Positions 39,201 through 48,221 are shown, numbered from the stretch's first letter. The stretch is 64,000 bases of DNA from Patescibacteria group bacterium (GCA_041649155.1 JBAZNP010000001.1:366564-430563), one strand, 5' to 3'. Numbers and translations are program-made. The notes: a model not told the origin generated them from the letters alone.

Positions 39201-39827
39201 AATGTCATTTGTTGCTACAACTTTTAGATCAAATTCTTTCGCTAGCTGATATATTAAGTCGTTGGCTAGTTTTTGGTCGTCGGTTTTTTTATGGTATTGA
39301 ACTTCCAAATACAAATCTTCTTTAGGAAAAATAGTCAAATATTCCTTAACTGCTTCACGCCCTTTTTCAATGCTCTCAAGAGCCTTTCTGGCAATTTCTC
39401 CCTGTATACAGGCAGAAGAGGCAATCAAGCCTTTGGAATATTTTTTTAAAACGTCCTTATCAATTCGTGGCTTGTAGTAAAATCCCTCGAGGTGGGCGAT
39501 TGTTGTCAATTTGATCAGGTTTTTATAACCCTCTTCGTTTTTGGCCAGAAGAATTAAGTGATAAGGATGCGCGTCAGTTCTGGGCACCTTGTCTTTCAAT
39601 GTTCGCGGGGCAACATAAACTTCGCAGCCGATAATCGGCTTTATCCCTTCTTTCTCGCATATTTCATAGAACTCAACAGCTCCATGCATAACCCCGTGGT
39701 CGGTTAAAGCTAGAGCAGGTTGGTTATTCGCTTTGGCTTTTTTTATCAAATCAGGAAGTTTACCCATGCCGTCCAGCATGGAATAGTGGGAGTGAGTATG
39801 CAAATGTACAAACTGAAGTTTGTCCAT
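36225..39827 (-). CDS. dnaE: DNA polymerase III alpha subunit
   Basis: PHP HLHTHSHYS, GPGRGSGAGS, MPDFDTDF, FNKSHA, OB fold. Confidence 0.97.
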   Translation of the reverse strand: MDKLQFVHLHTHSHYSMLDGMGKLPDLIKKAKANNQPALALTDHGVMHGAVEFYEICEKEGIKPIIGCEVYVAPRTLKDKVPRTDAHPYHLILLAKNEEGYKNLIKLTTIAHLEGFYYKPRIDKDVLKKYSKGLIASSACIQGEIARKALESIEKGREAVKEYLTIFPKEDLYLEVQYHKKTDDQKLANDLIYQLAKEFDLKVVATNDIHYVNSDDNIAQDALICLQTSRQMSETNRLTLMDFDLSMLSTEEMAKNFSDHPEAITNTLEIAEKCNLKLDLGGIIIPDFPVPEGYTLDSFFKEKAYLGLNWRYGSEPIKKEDLPKDREPTFEELRIEESVWDRYKYELSVITKMGYQGYFLIVADFIQWSKDQKISVGPGRGSGAGSIIAYAFNITNLNPLAYNLLFERFLNPDRISMPDFDTDFADSRRHEVIEYVSKHYGRDHVGQIITFGTMAARMAVRDVGRVLGMSYGEVDMIAKLIPQGEMLGKSLETVSELKEIYNSNAQVKECIDIATKLEGVVRHASMHAAGVVISKDALTEYCPLQEATKGDISTVTQYSMTPIEHLGLLKFDFLGLSNLTIIQNAVRIIKKTKVPDFDIDKIDFKDKDTYKLLSRAETTGVFQLESDGMKRYLKELRPSVFEDIIAMVALYRPGPMQWIQEFIDRKHGRKQVTYAHPKAKAALENTYGIIVYQEQVMQMSKDMAGFTGGQADSLRKAIGKKIKELMEKMGKEFIEGCVKNDVDRSIAEDLYVAMQDFAQYAFNKSHAACYAYIAYQTAYLKAHYPSEFMAALMTSNKDDLDKLAIDIAECERMGIKVLPPSVNESFEDFGVVKESNNVRFGLSAIKNVGVAVAEFIVKERKNGSFTDLRNFITRLDGKVINKKSLEALAMAGALDDLGERAEIVYNMENILAYASAYQKNSNSSQTSLFGGADAIEMADIKMERTKPADKKQRLSWERELLGMYVSEHPLSGVGHLIEPHRSHSLLEIKDNLENQYVRVSGIITTIQKILTRKNQKMIFAKIEDLSAKVEILVFPKLLEGNEAMWVNDKIIAVEGFVSFKDGSPKILAEEVFEIGEKTILPEFVPKEQKRRNFGQYGQNGGNKYSSGGTTANSGSRTFSNGVPKIAQNLCVTMPENASREILMEVREILTSHSGESKVTIKIPADDGAYKEIAVKNKVEISPIVLRKLKELVGKDNVICV

Positions 39828-39899
39828 AATTTCTAATAATTTAAAATTAAGAATTGTTTGGCGTGCTTTTTATGTGTTTTTGTGTTATAGTAGGAACTT

Positions 39900-41222
39900 A
39901 TGACTCAAGAAACTAAAAATAATTTCGTATTTATACTTGGTAGAGAACAAGAAATTGCTTTGGCGGAGCTCAAAGCAGTTTTGGGTAGGTTTGGTTTTTA
40001 TTTTGATATTTATAAGATAACTGGAAACCAAGTCTTTGCCAATATTGACAATTTTACAGTAAGTGATGCGGTCAAAGTAATGGATGCTCTGGCCGGTACT
40101 ATTAAAATATATAAATTAGAAGGCCTCATAGAAAAAGATATTGCTGCACAAATTGTCTCGTTATTTCGTCTTCATAAAGTGAACGGCGAAGGTAAAATAA
40201 ACTTTGCAATTTCTTATTTTGGCAGGGGATTTTCAAGGCAGAACATCAATTCTATCGCTTTAACTGCTAAAAAGCAGCTCAAAAGTGATTTTAGTCTAAG
40301 GTACGTCGAATCCAGAGATTCTGCTGAGCTCAGTTCGATTCTATCGTTGAAAAATAATCTTGCGACTAAGGGTATCGAATTCGGGCTTTTTGATAATGAA
40401 ATTGGGATTTTAGTAGCGCTCAATAATCCGGAAGAGTGGTCAAAAAGAGATTACGACAAACCGGCATCTGACAAATTTTCCGGAATGCTACCGCCAAAAC
40501 TTGCTCGCATGATGATCAACCTTGCATTGGGTGAATGCAAGGAAATTACAAATGGATTAGAAATTAGAAATTTGAAATTAGAAATTCCACAGCACGAAGT
40601 GCTTGTCGCTGATCCTTTTTGTGGTTCTGGCAATGTTTTGATGGAAGCAATGATGTTGGGGCATGATGCGATTGGTAGTGATATATCGGAGAAAGCAGTT
40701 GAAGACACAAAAGCCAATATTGAATGGCTAAAAAATCAGAATACAGATAACAGAATACAGATAACAGTTTTTCAAGCGGATGCCACTAGTGAAGAATATA
40801 TTAAAAAACTGACAACTAGTCACAAAAACCTAGTTTTTGTGACTGAGCCTTACTTGGGCGAGCCTAAGAAGTATAAGCCAACGTACAATGCAGCAGCAGG
40901 CGAATATTCAAAAATCAAAGAGCTCTATCTCAAGTTCCTTGAGAATATTGCTGTATTGTCAAATTGCTATATTACTAATAGTTCAAAATCAGAACCTGGC
41001 TTGCCAAACAATAAAACAATAAAACAATATAACAATTGCATCTTGTGTCTTGTTTTTCCTCTCGTTGAAACGATTGAGGGCAGGAGATTTAGCCTTTTTA
41101 AGGCGAGTGTTGACGAAATCAGAGAATTAGGCTATACTCAATCTTGTCCAACTATGGTTTATGGGCGCGATTATCAAGTTGTCAAAAGAGAAATAGCCTT
41201 GCTCAAATTCGAGCAAATTTAA
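39900..41222 (+). CDS. TRM11/UPF0020-like SAM-dependent RNA methyltransferase with repeat-derived insertions
   Basis: GMLPPKLARMMIN, DPFCGSG, GSDIS, TEPYLG. Confidence 0.8.
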   Translation: MTQETKNNFVFILGREQEIALAELKAVLGRFGFYFDIYKITGNQVFANIDNFTVSDAVKVMDALAGTIKIYKLEGLIEKDIAAQIVSLFRLHKVNGEGKINFAISYFGRGFSRQNINSIALTAKKQLKSDFSLRYVESRDSAELSSILSLKNNLATKGIEFGLFDNEIGILVALNNPEEWSKRDYDKPASDKFSGMLPPKLARMMINLALGECKEITNGLEIRNLKLEIPQHEVLVADPFCGSGNVLMEAMMLGHDAIGSDISEKAVEDTKANIEWLKNQNTDNRIQITVFQADATSEEYIKKLTTSHKNLVFVTEPYLGEPKKYKPTYNAAAGEYSKIKELYLKFLENIAVLSNCYITNSSKSEPGLPNNKTIKQYNNCILCLVFPLVETIEGRRFSLFKASVDEIRELGYTQSCPTMVYGRDYQVVKREIALLKFEQI

Positions 41223-41241
41223 AATTCTTACGGAGTAAGTC

Positions 41242-41538
41242 ATGGCACATAAAAAAGCTGCCGGTAGTACAAGATTGGGTAGAGATTCAAGAGCACAGCG
41301 CTTAGGCGTGAAGATTTTTGGTGACCAATTAGTTACAGCAGGCGGAATCATCATAAGACAGCGCGGAACTAAATATCATCCAGGCAAGAACGTTGGAATC
41401 GGTAAAGACGACACTTTATTTGCTTTGATTTCCGGTCTTGTTAAGTTTCAACACAAAAAAGTAACTGCATTCACAGGGAATAAAGACAAAAGAGTTTTTG
41501 TTGATGTTGAGCCAGTAGCAGAAAAGCAGGAGAAATAA
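41242..41538 (+). CDS. rpmA: 50S ribosomal protein L27
   Basis: [24 protein letters not shown]. Confidence 0.97.
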   Translation: MAHKKAAGSTRLGRDSRAQRLGVKIFGDQLVTAGGIIIRQRGTKYHPGKNVGIGKDDTLFALISGLVKFQHKKVTAFTGNKDKRVFVDVEPVAEKQEK

Positions 41539-42035
41539 TGGAAAAAATTCTTGAAAAATATGCTAAAAAAAATATTCCTGAACTAAAATCCGGAGATACT
41601 GTTCGTGTTCACCTTAAGGTTAAAGAAGGCAGCAAAGAAAGAGTACAGATTTTCGAAGGCCTAGTTATTGCAACTAAGCATGGAACAGGTCTTGATGGAA
41701 CTTTCACCGCTAGAAAAGAATCTTTTGGTGTTGGCGTTGAGAGAACTTTCCCAATTCACAGCCCCCGAGTTGTTAAGATTGAAAGAGTAAAACAATCAAA
41801 AGTTAGAAGAAGCAAACTATATTATATGAGAGAGCTTTCAGGCAAAAACGCTCGTCTTAAAGAGCTTAATCGAGATCACAAAGTTTGGGAAGAAGGCGCA
41901 GCCGAAGAAGAGCTAAAGAAAATCGCTGAAGAAAAAGCAAAAGAAGCAGCAGCAATTGAAGCAAAGAGAAAAGCAGAAGAGGAAGAACTAGAGCGAAAAG
42001 CCAAAGCTTTGGCAGGCGACAGAATAAAAAAGTAA
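41538..42035 (+). CDS. rplS: 50S ribosomal protein L19 with charged C-terminal extension
   Basis: GDTVRVH, RVQIFEG, GVGVERTFP, VRRSKLYY. Confidence 0.97.
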   Translation: MEKILEKYAKKNIPELKSGDTVRVHLKVKEGSKERVQIFEGLVIATKHGTGLDGTFTARKESFGVGVERTFPIHSPRVVKIERVKQSKVRRSKLYYMRELSGKNARLKELNRDHKVWEEGAAEEELKKIAEEKAKEAAAIEAKRKAEEEELERKAKALAGDRIKK

Positions 42036-42042
42036 TATAAGT

Positions 42043-42100
42043 TGTCATTCCCGTGAAGACGGGAATCCAAGATAGTCAATATTCAGAATACAGATAGCAG
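42043..42100. repeat. dRS3-like palindrome plus short CAGAATA/CAGATAG tract
   Basis: TGTCATTCCCGTGAAGACGGGAATCCA; CAGAATA CAGATAG CAG. Confidence 0.75.
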
Positions 42101-42102
42101 CT

Positions 42103-42134
42103 AAAAAAATGCCCCAATAAACAGGGCATTTTTT
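42103..42134 (+). terminator. Intrinsic terminator after rplS
   Basis: AAAAAATGCCC..GGGCATTTTTT. Confidence 0.7.
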
Positions 42135-42202
42135 GTAATAGATAATTTTGCTTTTGAATCCCTTTTGTACCCCATTTGACACCCTTTTGTTATAATGAAG
42201 CC

Positions 42203-42721
42203 ATGTTATCCCATCAAAATCCCCTTGGCTATCGATATCTCCGCACTTGGCAGCAAGCCAATGAAATTTTTGAATTGACAGAGAAATTTATTACAACTTT
42301 GCCGCTTCGCCATCCTGAAACAGGCCAATATTTAACAGATTTGAAAGACCAGATGATTCGATCGGCCAGAAGCGTAGTCCGCAACATCGAAGAGGGCTAT
42401 GTTCGAACATCGACCAAGGAGTATATTTCATTTCTGGGCTTTTCAGCCGGATCTTTAGAGGAGTTAATCGGCGATTTTAAATATTGCCAAAAGGGAAACA
42501 TAGGGGATCCAAAAGGATGCGCAAAAGGGATACAAATGGGGGTGGGCGAAGCTAAAATGCTTGACCGGCAAATTAAAAGTCTGGAGGAGAAAACATTTAA
42601 TGAAAAGACCGCTTCCCAAAGTGACATGATCAAAAAATCATGGTCTGGACAGAAGAAAATTGAGGACGATTTCGATAAGAAGCTTCAAGATATTATAGAC
42701 GGCAAGAGAAAGAGCTTATGA
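42203..42721 (+). CDS. Four helix bundle protein with C-terminal extension
   Basis: GYRYLRTWQQA, DQMIRSARSVVRNIEEG, GSLEEL. Confidence 0.9.
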   Translation: MLSHQNPLGYRYLRTWQQANEIFELTEKFITTLPLRHPETGQYLTDLKDQMIRSARSVVRNIEEGYVRTSTKEYISFLGFSAGSLEELIGDFKYCQKGNIGDPKGCAKGIQMGVGEAKMLDRQIKSLEEKTFNEKTASQSDMIKKSWSGQKKIEDDFDKKLQDIIDGKRKSL

Positions 42722-43080
42722 TTTTTGATAAGACGAAAAACAAATCGACCGGCAATATGGGGGAGGATTTGGCGGCGGAATATTTGATAAAAAATAAATA
42801 TAAAATTCTTGGTCGTAATATTAATATTAAAGTCGGCGAGATCGACATATTGGCCGACGATCGAGGTACAATTGTGATTGTGGAGGTGAAAACAGTACGA
42901 GGGAGTGGTTTCGGCCTTGCTCAAGAATTGGTTCGTTTTAAAAAGCAAAACAAGCTCAAATTGCTGGCACGAGCATTGACTCAGAAGTATCCCAATAAGA
43001 CTATTCGGATCGATGTGATAGGCGTCGATTATTCGTGTGGCGAACCCAAAATCGAGCACATTATAAATGCAGTTTACTAA
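42718..43080 (+). CDS. yraN: YraN family (UPF0102) endonuclease-like protein
   Basis: GEDLAAEYL, GEIDIL, VEVKT, RIDVI. Confidence 0.9.
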   Translation: MIFDKTKNKSTGNMGEDLAAEYLIKNKYKILGRNINIKVGEIDILADDRGTIVIVEVKTVRGSGFGLAQELVRFKKQNKLKLLARALTQKYPNKTIRIDVIGVDYSCGEPKIEHIINAVY

Positions 43081-43208
43081 TATTTTTAATGCGGTAAACC
43101 CACGATCGTCCATTTTTAGATTAACTTTTTAATAAAAAAATCCCCCGCCGGTTAAGGCGAGGGCGGTGGGCTCAGTTATATGTTAGAGAGATACTGTGAA
43201 TGACAAGC

Positions 43209-43637
43209 TTAGCAACTGGGGCGGCGGTGAGCTATGGCCCATTTGGCTTGCTTTCTCACTTCTTCAACGCTGGTCTCTTCGGACCATGGAGTATCGGTAT
43301 AGAGTTCCCAGACATCGTTGTAATCATCGAGAGGCCTCTCGATGCCTAAGGTAACTGCCGTTCCGCTCAATCCAGGTCTAATGTAGAGCAGCTTCCAGGT
43401 ATACCCACGAAAGTGGATCACGGTGGTATCGAATTTTACTCTTGAGATTGCTGTCTCTGAAGGTATGACCTCTGCAATTTCATTCTCATTTGCGGGTTGA
43501 TGATAGTAGCTGCGTTTGGAGCGGTTCTCTGGTTTGTCTGTGTGGGTTTCAGTTAAGCATAGAACGATGTAGCTCCTGATTTGTCCCCATGTAGTGATTG
43601 CTATTAGCTCCTTTTCCGTGCTCTGTTTGTTGTCCAT
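43209..43637 (-). CDS. Hypothetical protein
   Basis: 142-aa ORF, SD GGAGG, followed by hairpin and T run. Confidence 0.55.
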   Translation of the reverse strand: MDNKQSTEKELIAITTWGQIRSYIVLCLTETHTDKPENRSKRSYYHQPANENEIAEVIPSETAISRVKFDTTVIHFRGYTWKLLYIRPGLSGTAVTLGIERPLDDYNDVWELYTDTPWSEETSVEEVRKQAKWAIAHRRPSC

Positions 43638-43640
43638 TTG

Positions 43641-44069
43641 CTAGCCAGCCTCCTTTTTGTTTGAATTTGGGTTCGGTGATAGCAGAATAAATCTCTCTTC
43701 GACGTAAATGACATCTTTGTATCGGTAGTCAGAAAAAGGCATTTTGGGTAAGATACCTTTTTTACCTTTGTTCTGAAGGCTGACCAGCCATTTGTCGATA
43801 GTTGATTCGTCGCCAAGAGCATAATCAGCCAAAGCTTCTCGCATTTCTTTTTTTTCGCTCTCGTCCAGAGAAATCGTAGGTAGGCATTTAACAACTTCTT
43901 TTAATGCCCAATAGGTTGTTTCTTGACCACAGTCCTTGAAGCTCATTTTGTCCTCCACTTTTGCTTTTTCGATTTTTTTCGCCTTTTGTACTATCGGAAT
44001 GATAATGCCGAAAACAACCGCCATTAAAATTAAGAGACTTGCGCCAAACTCCAAAGGCTTGTTTTCCAT
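43641..44069 (-). CDS. Hypothetical protein with N-terminal TM
   Basis: 142-aa ORF, SD AAGGAG. Confidence 0.6.
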   Translation of the reverse strand: MENKPLEFGASLLILMAVVFGIIIPIVQKAKKIEKAKVEDKMSFKDCGQETTYWALKEVVKCLPTISLDESEKKEMREALADYALGDESTIDKWLVSLQNKGKKGILPKMPFSDYRYKDVIYVEERFILLSPNPNSNKKEAG

Positions 44070-44274
44070 TTATTTTCTCCTTGTGTAGGTGCTTGAAAGT
44101 CGAGAAGATTGCCACGCTGTGCTCGCAATGACATTAATCAGCTTGTCGAGCGATACTTTAGCATTAATCCAAATATTTGTCAATAATATAAATACAACAA
44201 TAATAAAAAATTAATCTTAAATTATGATAATATTGACATATTGTAGTTAAAATTGATACAACATAATTAACCAA

Positions 44275-45030
44275 ATGAAAGAAGAACAAATATTAAAATA
44301 TCTGGCTAATTTCGGACTCCGCCCGCTCGAGGCAGCGGTTTATTTGACGATTTTGAAATTAGGCCAATCAACTGTAGGGAAGATTAGTCAAGAGTCGAGC
44401 ATTCAGAGGACTTTTGTCTACGACCTTTTGCATGAGTTGCAAGAAAAAGGCTTGGTTTCATGCGCAGAAGTAAGAGGAGTAAAGAACTTCAGTGCGATAT
44501 CCTTTGCCAGCTTTAAAAGGTTGCAGGAAAACAAAGTAAAAAGATTTGAATCGATCTTGCCAGAGTTACTTTTATTCGAAAAAAGTGTAGGCGATCGGCC
44601 AAAAATCACAATGTATGAAGGCAGGGATGGTTTGGCTGCTGCCCAATATGATACCTTGCAGTTTCCTAATTCTGAAATTTCAGCTTACGCGGCCGCTGAG
44701 GGTCTATATTATGACGAACCAGGTTTTGCGAAAAATTATATCAAAGAAAGAGTGAAAAATAATATTCGGGTGAGGGCGATTTGTCCGGATTCGGAGCTGC
44801 TTCGGCCGTACGTTGAACGCAATAAAGCTGAGCTGAGAATTTCGAGGACTGTGCCGGCTGGTCAATTCCCTTTTACGAATGAAATTGATATCTATGGCAA
44901 TAAAGTGGCAATCTTATCTTATACGGGAGAGCTTTTAGCGGTCATTATCGAATCAGAAAGTGTTGCCAGAACTCAAAGGATGATTTTTGAGTTGGCATGG
45001 TTGGGAGCGGGGAAATTTAACAAGAGCTAA
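44275..45030 (+). CDS. TrmB family transcriptional regulator
   Basis: wHTH AAVYLTILKLG..RTFVYDLLHELQEKGLV, NEIDIYGNKVAI. Confidence 0.88.
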   Translation: MKEEQILKYLANFGLRPLEAAVYLTILKLGQSTVGKISQESSIQRTFVYDLLHELQEKGLVSCAEVRGVKNFSAISFASFKRLQENKVKRFESILPELLLFEKSVGDRPKITMYEGRDGLAAAQYDTLQFPNSEISAYAAAEGLYYDEPGFAKNYIKERVKNNIRVRAICPDSELLRPYVERNKAELRISRTVPAGQFPFTNEIDIYGNKVAILSYTGELLAVIIESESVARTQRMIFELAWLGAGKFNKS

Positions 45031-45143
45031 TTGGCTATTGCAAAGTCTTGATATAATTGGGATAAAGTTATATAATCGTTTGGCTTAATAATAGCCCCAG
45101 TTAGATGGCCCTGATGGGGCATCAAACGGGGCAAGGAGGATGG

Positions 45144-45488
45144 ATGGAAAAGGAGAAAAAAATGAGAAAAGTTGCAACCGGTTTTATTGAATTTATAAGA
45201 AAACAAGGGGTTGTCGGGTTGGCTGTTGGTTTTGTCTTGGGCGGATCAGTTTCCAAACTGGTAACAGCTCTTGTTAACGATATTATTAATCCTCTGATCG
45301 GGATTTTGTTAGGTAGAGCAAAAGATTTAGCTAGTTATTCAATCAAGATTGGTGGAACTGAATTAATGTGGGGAGATTTTGCCAGTCAATTAATTGACTT
45401 CATCACTATTGCACTGGTTGTTTACGGTGCTTTTAAAATTTTACAGCTGGATAAGCTAGATTTGAAGGAAGAAAAGGCTAAGAAGTAA
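45144..45488 (+). CDS. mscL: Large-conductance mechanosensitive channel
   Basis: FIEF, VVGLAVGFVLGG, LVNDIINP; start 45144 or 45162. Confidence 0.9.
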   Translation: MEKEKKMRKVATGFIEFIRKQGVVGLAVGFVLGGSVSKLVTALVNDIINPLIGILLGRAKDLASYSIKIGGTELMWGDFASQLIDFITIALVVYGAFKILQLDKLDLKEEKAKK

Positions 45489-45540
45489 AATTTCAATATA
45501 CGAACTTTCTTTTTTTCGTGTTTTGCGATAGATTAAAGGT

Positions 45541-46965
45541 ATGATTAGAACAAGATTTGCACCGAGTCCAACAGGGGAACTTCATATTGGCGGAGCCAGA
45601 ACCGCTCTTTTTGCTTATCTTTTCGCAAAGTCACAGGGCGGGGAATTTTTACTTCGAATTGAAGATACTGACCGAAATCGCTATGTTGAGGGATCAGTCG
45701 AGCGCATTATTGAATCATTGAAATGGCTTGGAATTAGTCCTGACAACCGCAAAAATATTATGGTCCAGTCAGAACGCCTGCCGGAGTATAAAAATGCAGC
45801 CTTGAAGCTTCTGAAAGAAAATAAGGCATATATCTGCACTTGTTCTAAAGAAAGACTGGATGGTTTGCGGAAAGAGCAGGAAGCAAAGAAACTTCCTACT
45901 GGATATGATGGACATTGTCGCAGTGGAAAGTGGAAAGTAGAGAGCAAAAAGGATTTAGAGGAATATTTGTCAAAAGGGGCGGTTGTGCGGATGAAAATGC
46001 CGGAAAAGGGCAAGATTGCTTTAAGCGACCTGATTCGAGGTAAAGTTGAGTTTGATGCTTCACTTATTGATGATCAGGTTATATTGAAATCAGACGGATA
46101 TCCAACTTACCATCTGGCTTCAATAGTTGATGATCACGAGATGAAAATTACTCATGTTGTTCGTGCCGAAGAATGGCTTTCTTCAACTCCGAAACATTTA
46201 ATTTTATATGAAATGTTTGGCTGGAAAGCGCCTGAATTTGCTCATTTATCCATGATATTGGGACCGGACAAAAAGAAACTTTCTAAACGTCATGGTGCAA
46301 CTAGCGTGATGCAATACAGAGAAGAAGGATATTTGCCTGAAGCATTGGTTAATTTTCTTGCATTTTTGGGCTGGAATCCAAAGGACGAGCGGGAAACATT
46401 TTTAATGGAAGAATTAATTAAAGAATTTAAGTTAGAAAACGTTAATAAGGCGCCGGCGATATTCAATATTGAGAAATTGGATGATATTAATGAGAAATAT
46501 ATTCGCAAAGTTGTCAGTCATCAGTTGTCAGTTGTCAGTCCGCTGCTAAAAGAATTTGGAGTAGAAGATATTTCGGTTGGAGAGTTGGAATTAATTGGTC
46601 GTGGTGGATATTCAACCTTGAAGCAGGCCGCGGAATATATTTTAGAGCTTAGAAAAGAGCCTGAATATGATGGAAAAATGCTGGTATTTAAGAAGTCGAC
46701 AAAAGGAGCAACACTTCTTGGTTTGCAGTCAGCAGTTTGCAGTTTGCAGAATATTGAGGAAAATGATTGGAATTCTCAGGAACTACAGATGAAATTGGGG
46801 TTGGTTGTTGAAAGAACCAATCTGACTAACGGGGATGTTTTCTGGCCAATTCGGGTTGCTTTGTCGGGTCAGGAAAAATCTCCAAGTCCGGTTGAGCTTC
46901 TTGTTGCGTTGGGAAAAGAAGAAAGCTTAAAGCGGATAAAGAAGGCTGTTAAGAAATTGAAGTAA
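45541..46965 (+). CDS. gltX: Glutamate--tRNA ligase
   Basis: RFAPSPTGELHIGG, KLSKR. Confidence 0.97.
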   Translation: MIRTRFAPSPTGELHIGGARTALFAYLFAKSQGGEFLLRIEDTDRNRYVEGSVERIIESLKWLGISPDNRKNIMVQSERLPEYKNAALKLLKENKAYICTCSKERLDGLRKEQEAKKLPTGYDGHCRSGKWKVESKKDLEEYLSKGAVVRMKMPEKGKIALSDLIRGKVEFDASLIDDQVILKSDGYPTYHLASIVDDHEMKITHVVRAEEWLSSTPKHLILYEMFGWKAPEFAHLSMILGPDKKKLSKRHGATSVMQYREEGYLPEALVNFLAFLGWNPKDERETFLMEELIKEFKLENVNKAPAIFNIEKLDDINEKYIRKVVSHQLSVVSPLLKEFGVEDISVGELELIGRGGYSTLKQAAEYILELRKEPEYDGKMLVFKKSTKGATLLGLQSAVCSLQNIEENDWNSQELQMKLGLVVERTNLTNGDVFWPIRVALSGQEKSPSPVELLVALGKEESLKRIKKAVKKLK

Positions 46966-46970
46966 AGCAC

Positions 46971-47070
46971 TAATTGTTATATTGCTAAATTGTTGAATTG
47001 TTAACCTCACCCAACCTCTCCTCCTAAAGGAGAGGGGCAATATGGCCATGAAGCGGTAAACGGTAATATC
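46971..47070. repeat. ATTGTT-type repeats plus CTCACCC..CTCTCC-GGAGAG palindrome
   Basis: CCTCACCCAACCTCTCCTCCTAAAGGAGAGGGG at ~47004-47037. Confidence 0.75.
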
Positions 47071-47086
47071 GGAGGGGTAGTATTGA

Positions 47087-48211
47087 ATGGGACAAAAAAT
47101 TAAGCTTGTTCAAATTATAGCTGATTCTAAAATTGGTGGCGGCTCAAGCCATATTTTGGGCGTTCTCCGCAATATTGATAAAGAAAAGTTTGATTGCTAT
47201 TTGATTTGTCCTAAAGGATTTTTGTCTGATGAGGCAGAAAAAATTCCCGGATTAAAAATTTTTAATATTGAAATGAAATCAAAATTTGATTTTGGCTCAA
47301 TATTTCAGCTAAAAAAGAAAATACTGGAAATAAGATCGGGCAGCGACCCTTTTGGCCCAATGATAGCGCACTCTCATGGTCCGAGGGCAGGTTTATTATC
47401 GAGATTTGCCTTGCCGCTTGGCGTCAAATCTGTTTACACTGAGCATATTTACGACGAGACTTATCGTCTTAAAAATCCGGTAAATAATGCCGTCCAAAGA
47501 TTTTTTCTAAGAAAGCAAAACGCAAATACTGATTTAATTATCGCCGTTTCTAATTCGGTTAAAAATGCTTTAGTAAAACATGGGTTGGCGCTTCCTGATC
47601 AAATTATTGTGATCCCAAATGGTGTTGACGTTGATAAATTTAAATCTTTAAAATCTCCGGCACAAAAGTATAATCATCCGGTTATTGGGTCTGTTGGGCG
47701 TTTGAGTCCGATAAAAGGATTTGAATATTTAATTGCTGCAATGCCTTATATTAAGAAAAAATTCCCGCTTGTGTCACTTGAAATTATCGGTTCTGGCTCA
47801 GAAGGAAGGAAACTGGCCGGTAAAATAAGAGAATTGAAATTGGAGCACAATGTGACATTGTTGGGCTCGAAAGAGGATCCGTTCAAATACGCGAAACACT
47901 GGAATGGATTTGTAATTCCTTCTGTTTCTGAGCCTTTTGGAATTGTTGCGCTGGAAGCAATGGCATCAGGAATTCCGATTGTGGCTTCGAAAACAGGTGG
48001 GCTTCAGGATATTATTACGAATAAGAAGAACGGACTCTTGGTCGAACCACGTAATCCGGAAGCACTTGCGAAAGTAATTCTGCAATTATTGGGCAATTTG
48101 GCATTTGCGACCAAGCTGAAACGTGAAGGCCAAATTCGGGTTAAGGATTTTGATTGGAAAAAAGTGGTCAAAGAACTGGAAAAGGCTTATTTTAATTTGT
48201 TTACTGAATAG
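47087..48211 (+). CDS. Glycosyltransferase family 4
   Basis: IPNGVD, GRLSPIKG, EPFGIVALEAMASG. Confidence 0.93.
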   Translation: MGQKIKLVQIIADSKIGGGSSHILGVLRNIDKEKFDCYLICPKGFLSDEAEKIPGLKIFNIEMKSKFDFGSIFQLKKKILEIRSGSDPFGPMIAHSHGPRAGLLSRFALPLGVKSVYTEHIYDETYRLKNPVNNAVQRFFLRKQNANTDLIIAVSNSVKNALVKHGLALPDQIIVIPNGVDVDKFKSLKSPAQKYNHPVIGSVGRLSPIKGFEYLIAAMPYIKKKFPLVSLEIIGSGSEGRKLAGKIRELKLEHNVTLLGSKEDPFKYAKHWNGFVIPSVSEPFGIVALEAMASGIPIVASKTGGLQDIITNKKNGLLVEPRNPEALAKVILQLLGNLAFATKLKREGQIRVKDFDWKKVVKELEKAYFNLFTE

Positions 48212-48221
48212 CTCTGTTTAC

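Noticed and set aside
36225-39827. Intein in dnaE
   Set aside because: Length is normal, no intein terminal motifs seen; only short loop insertions
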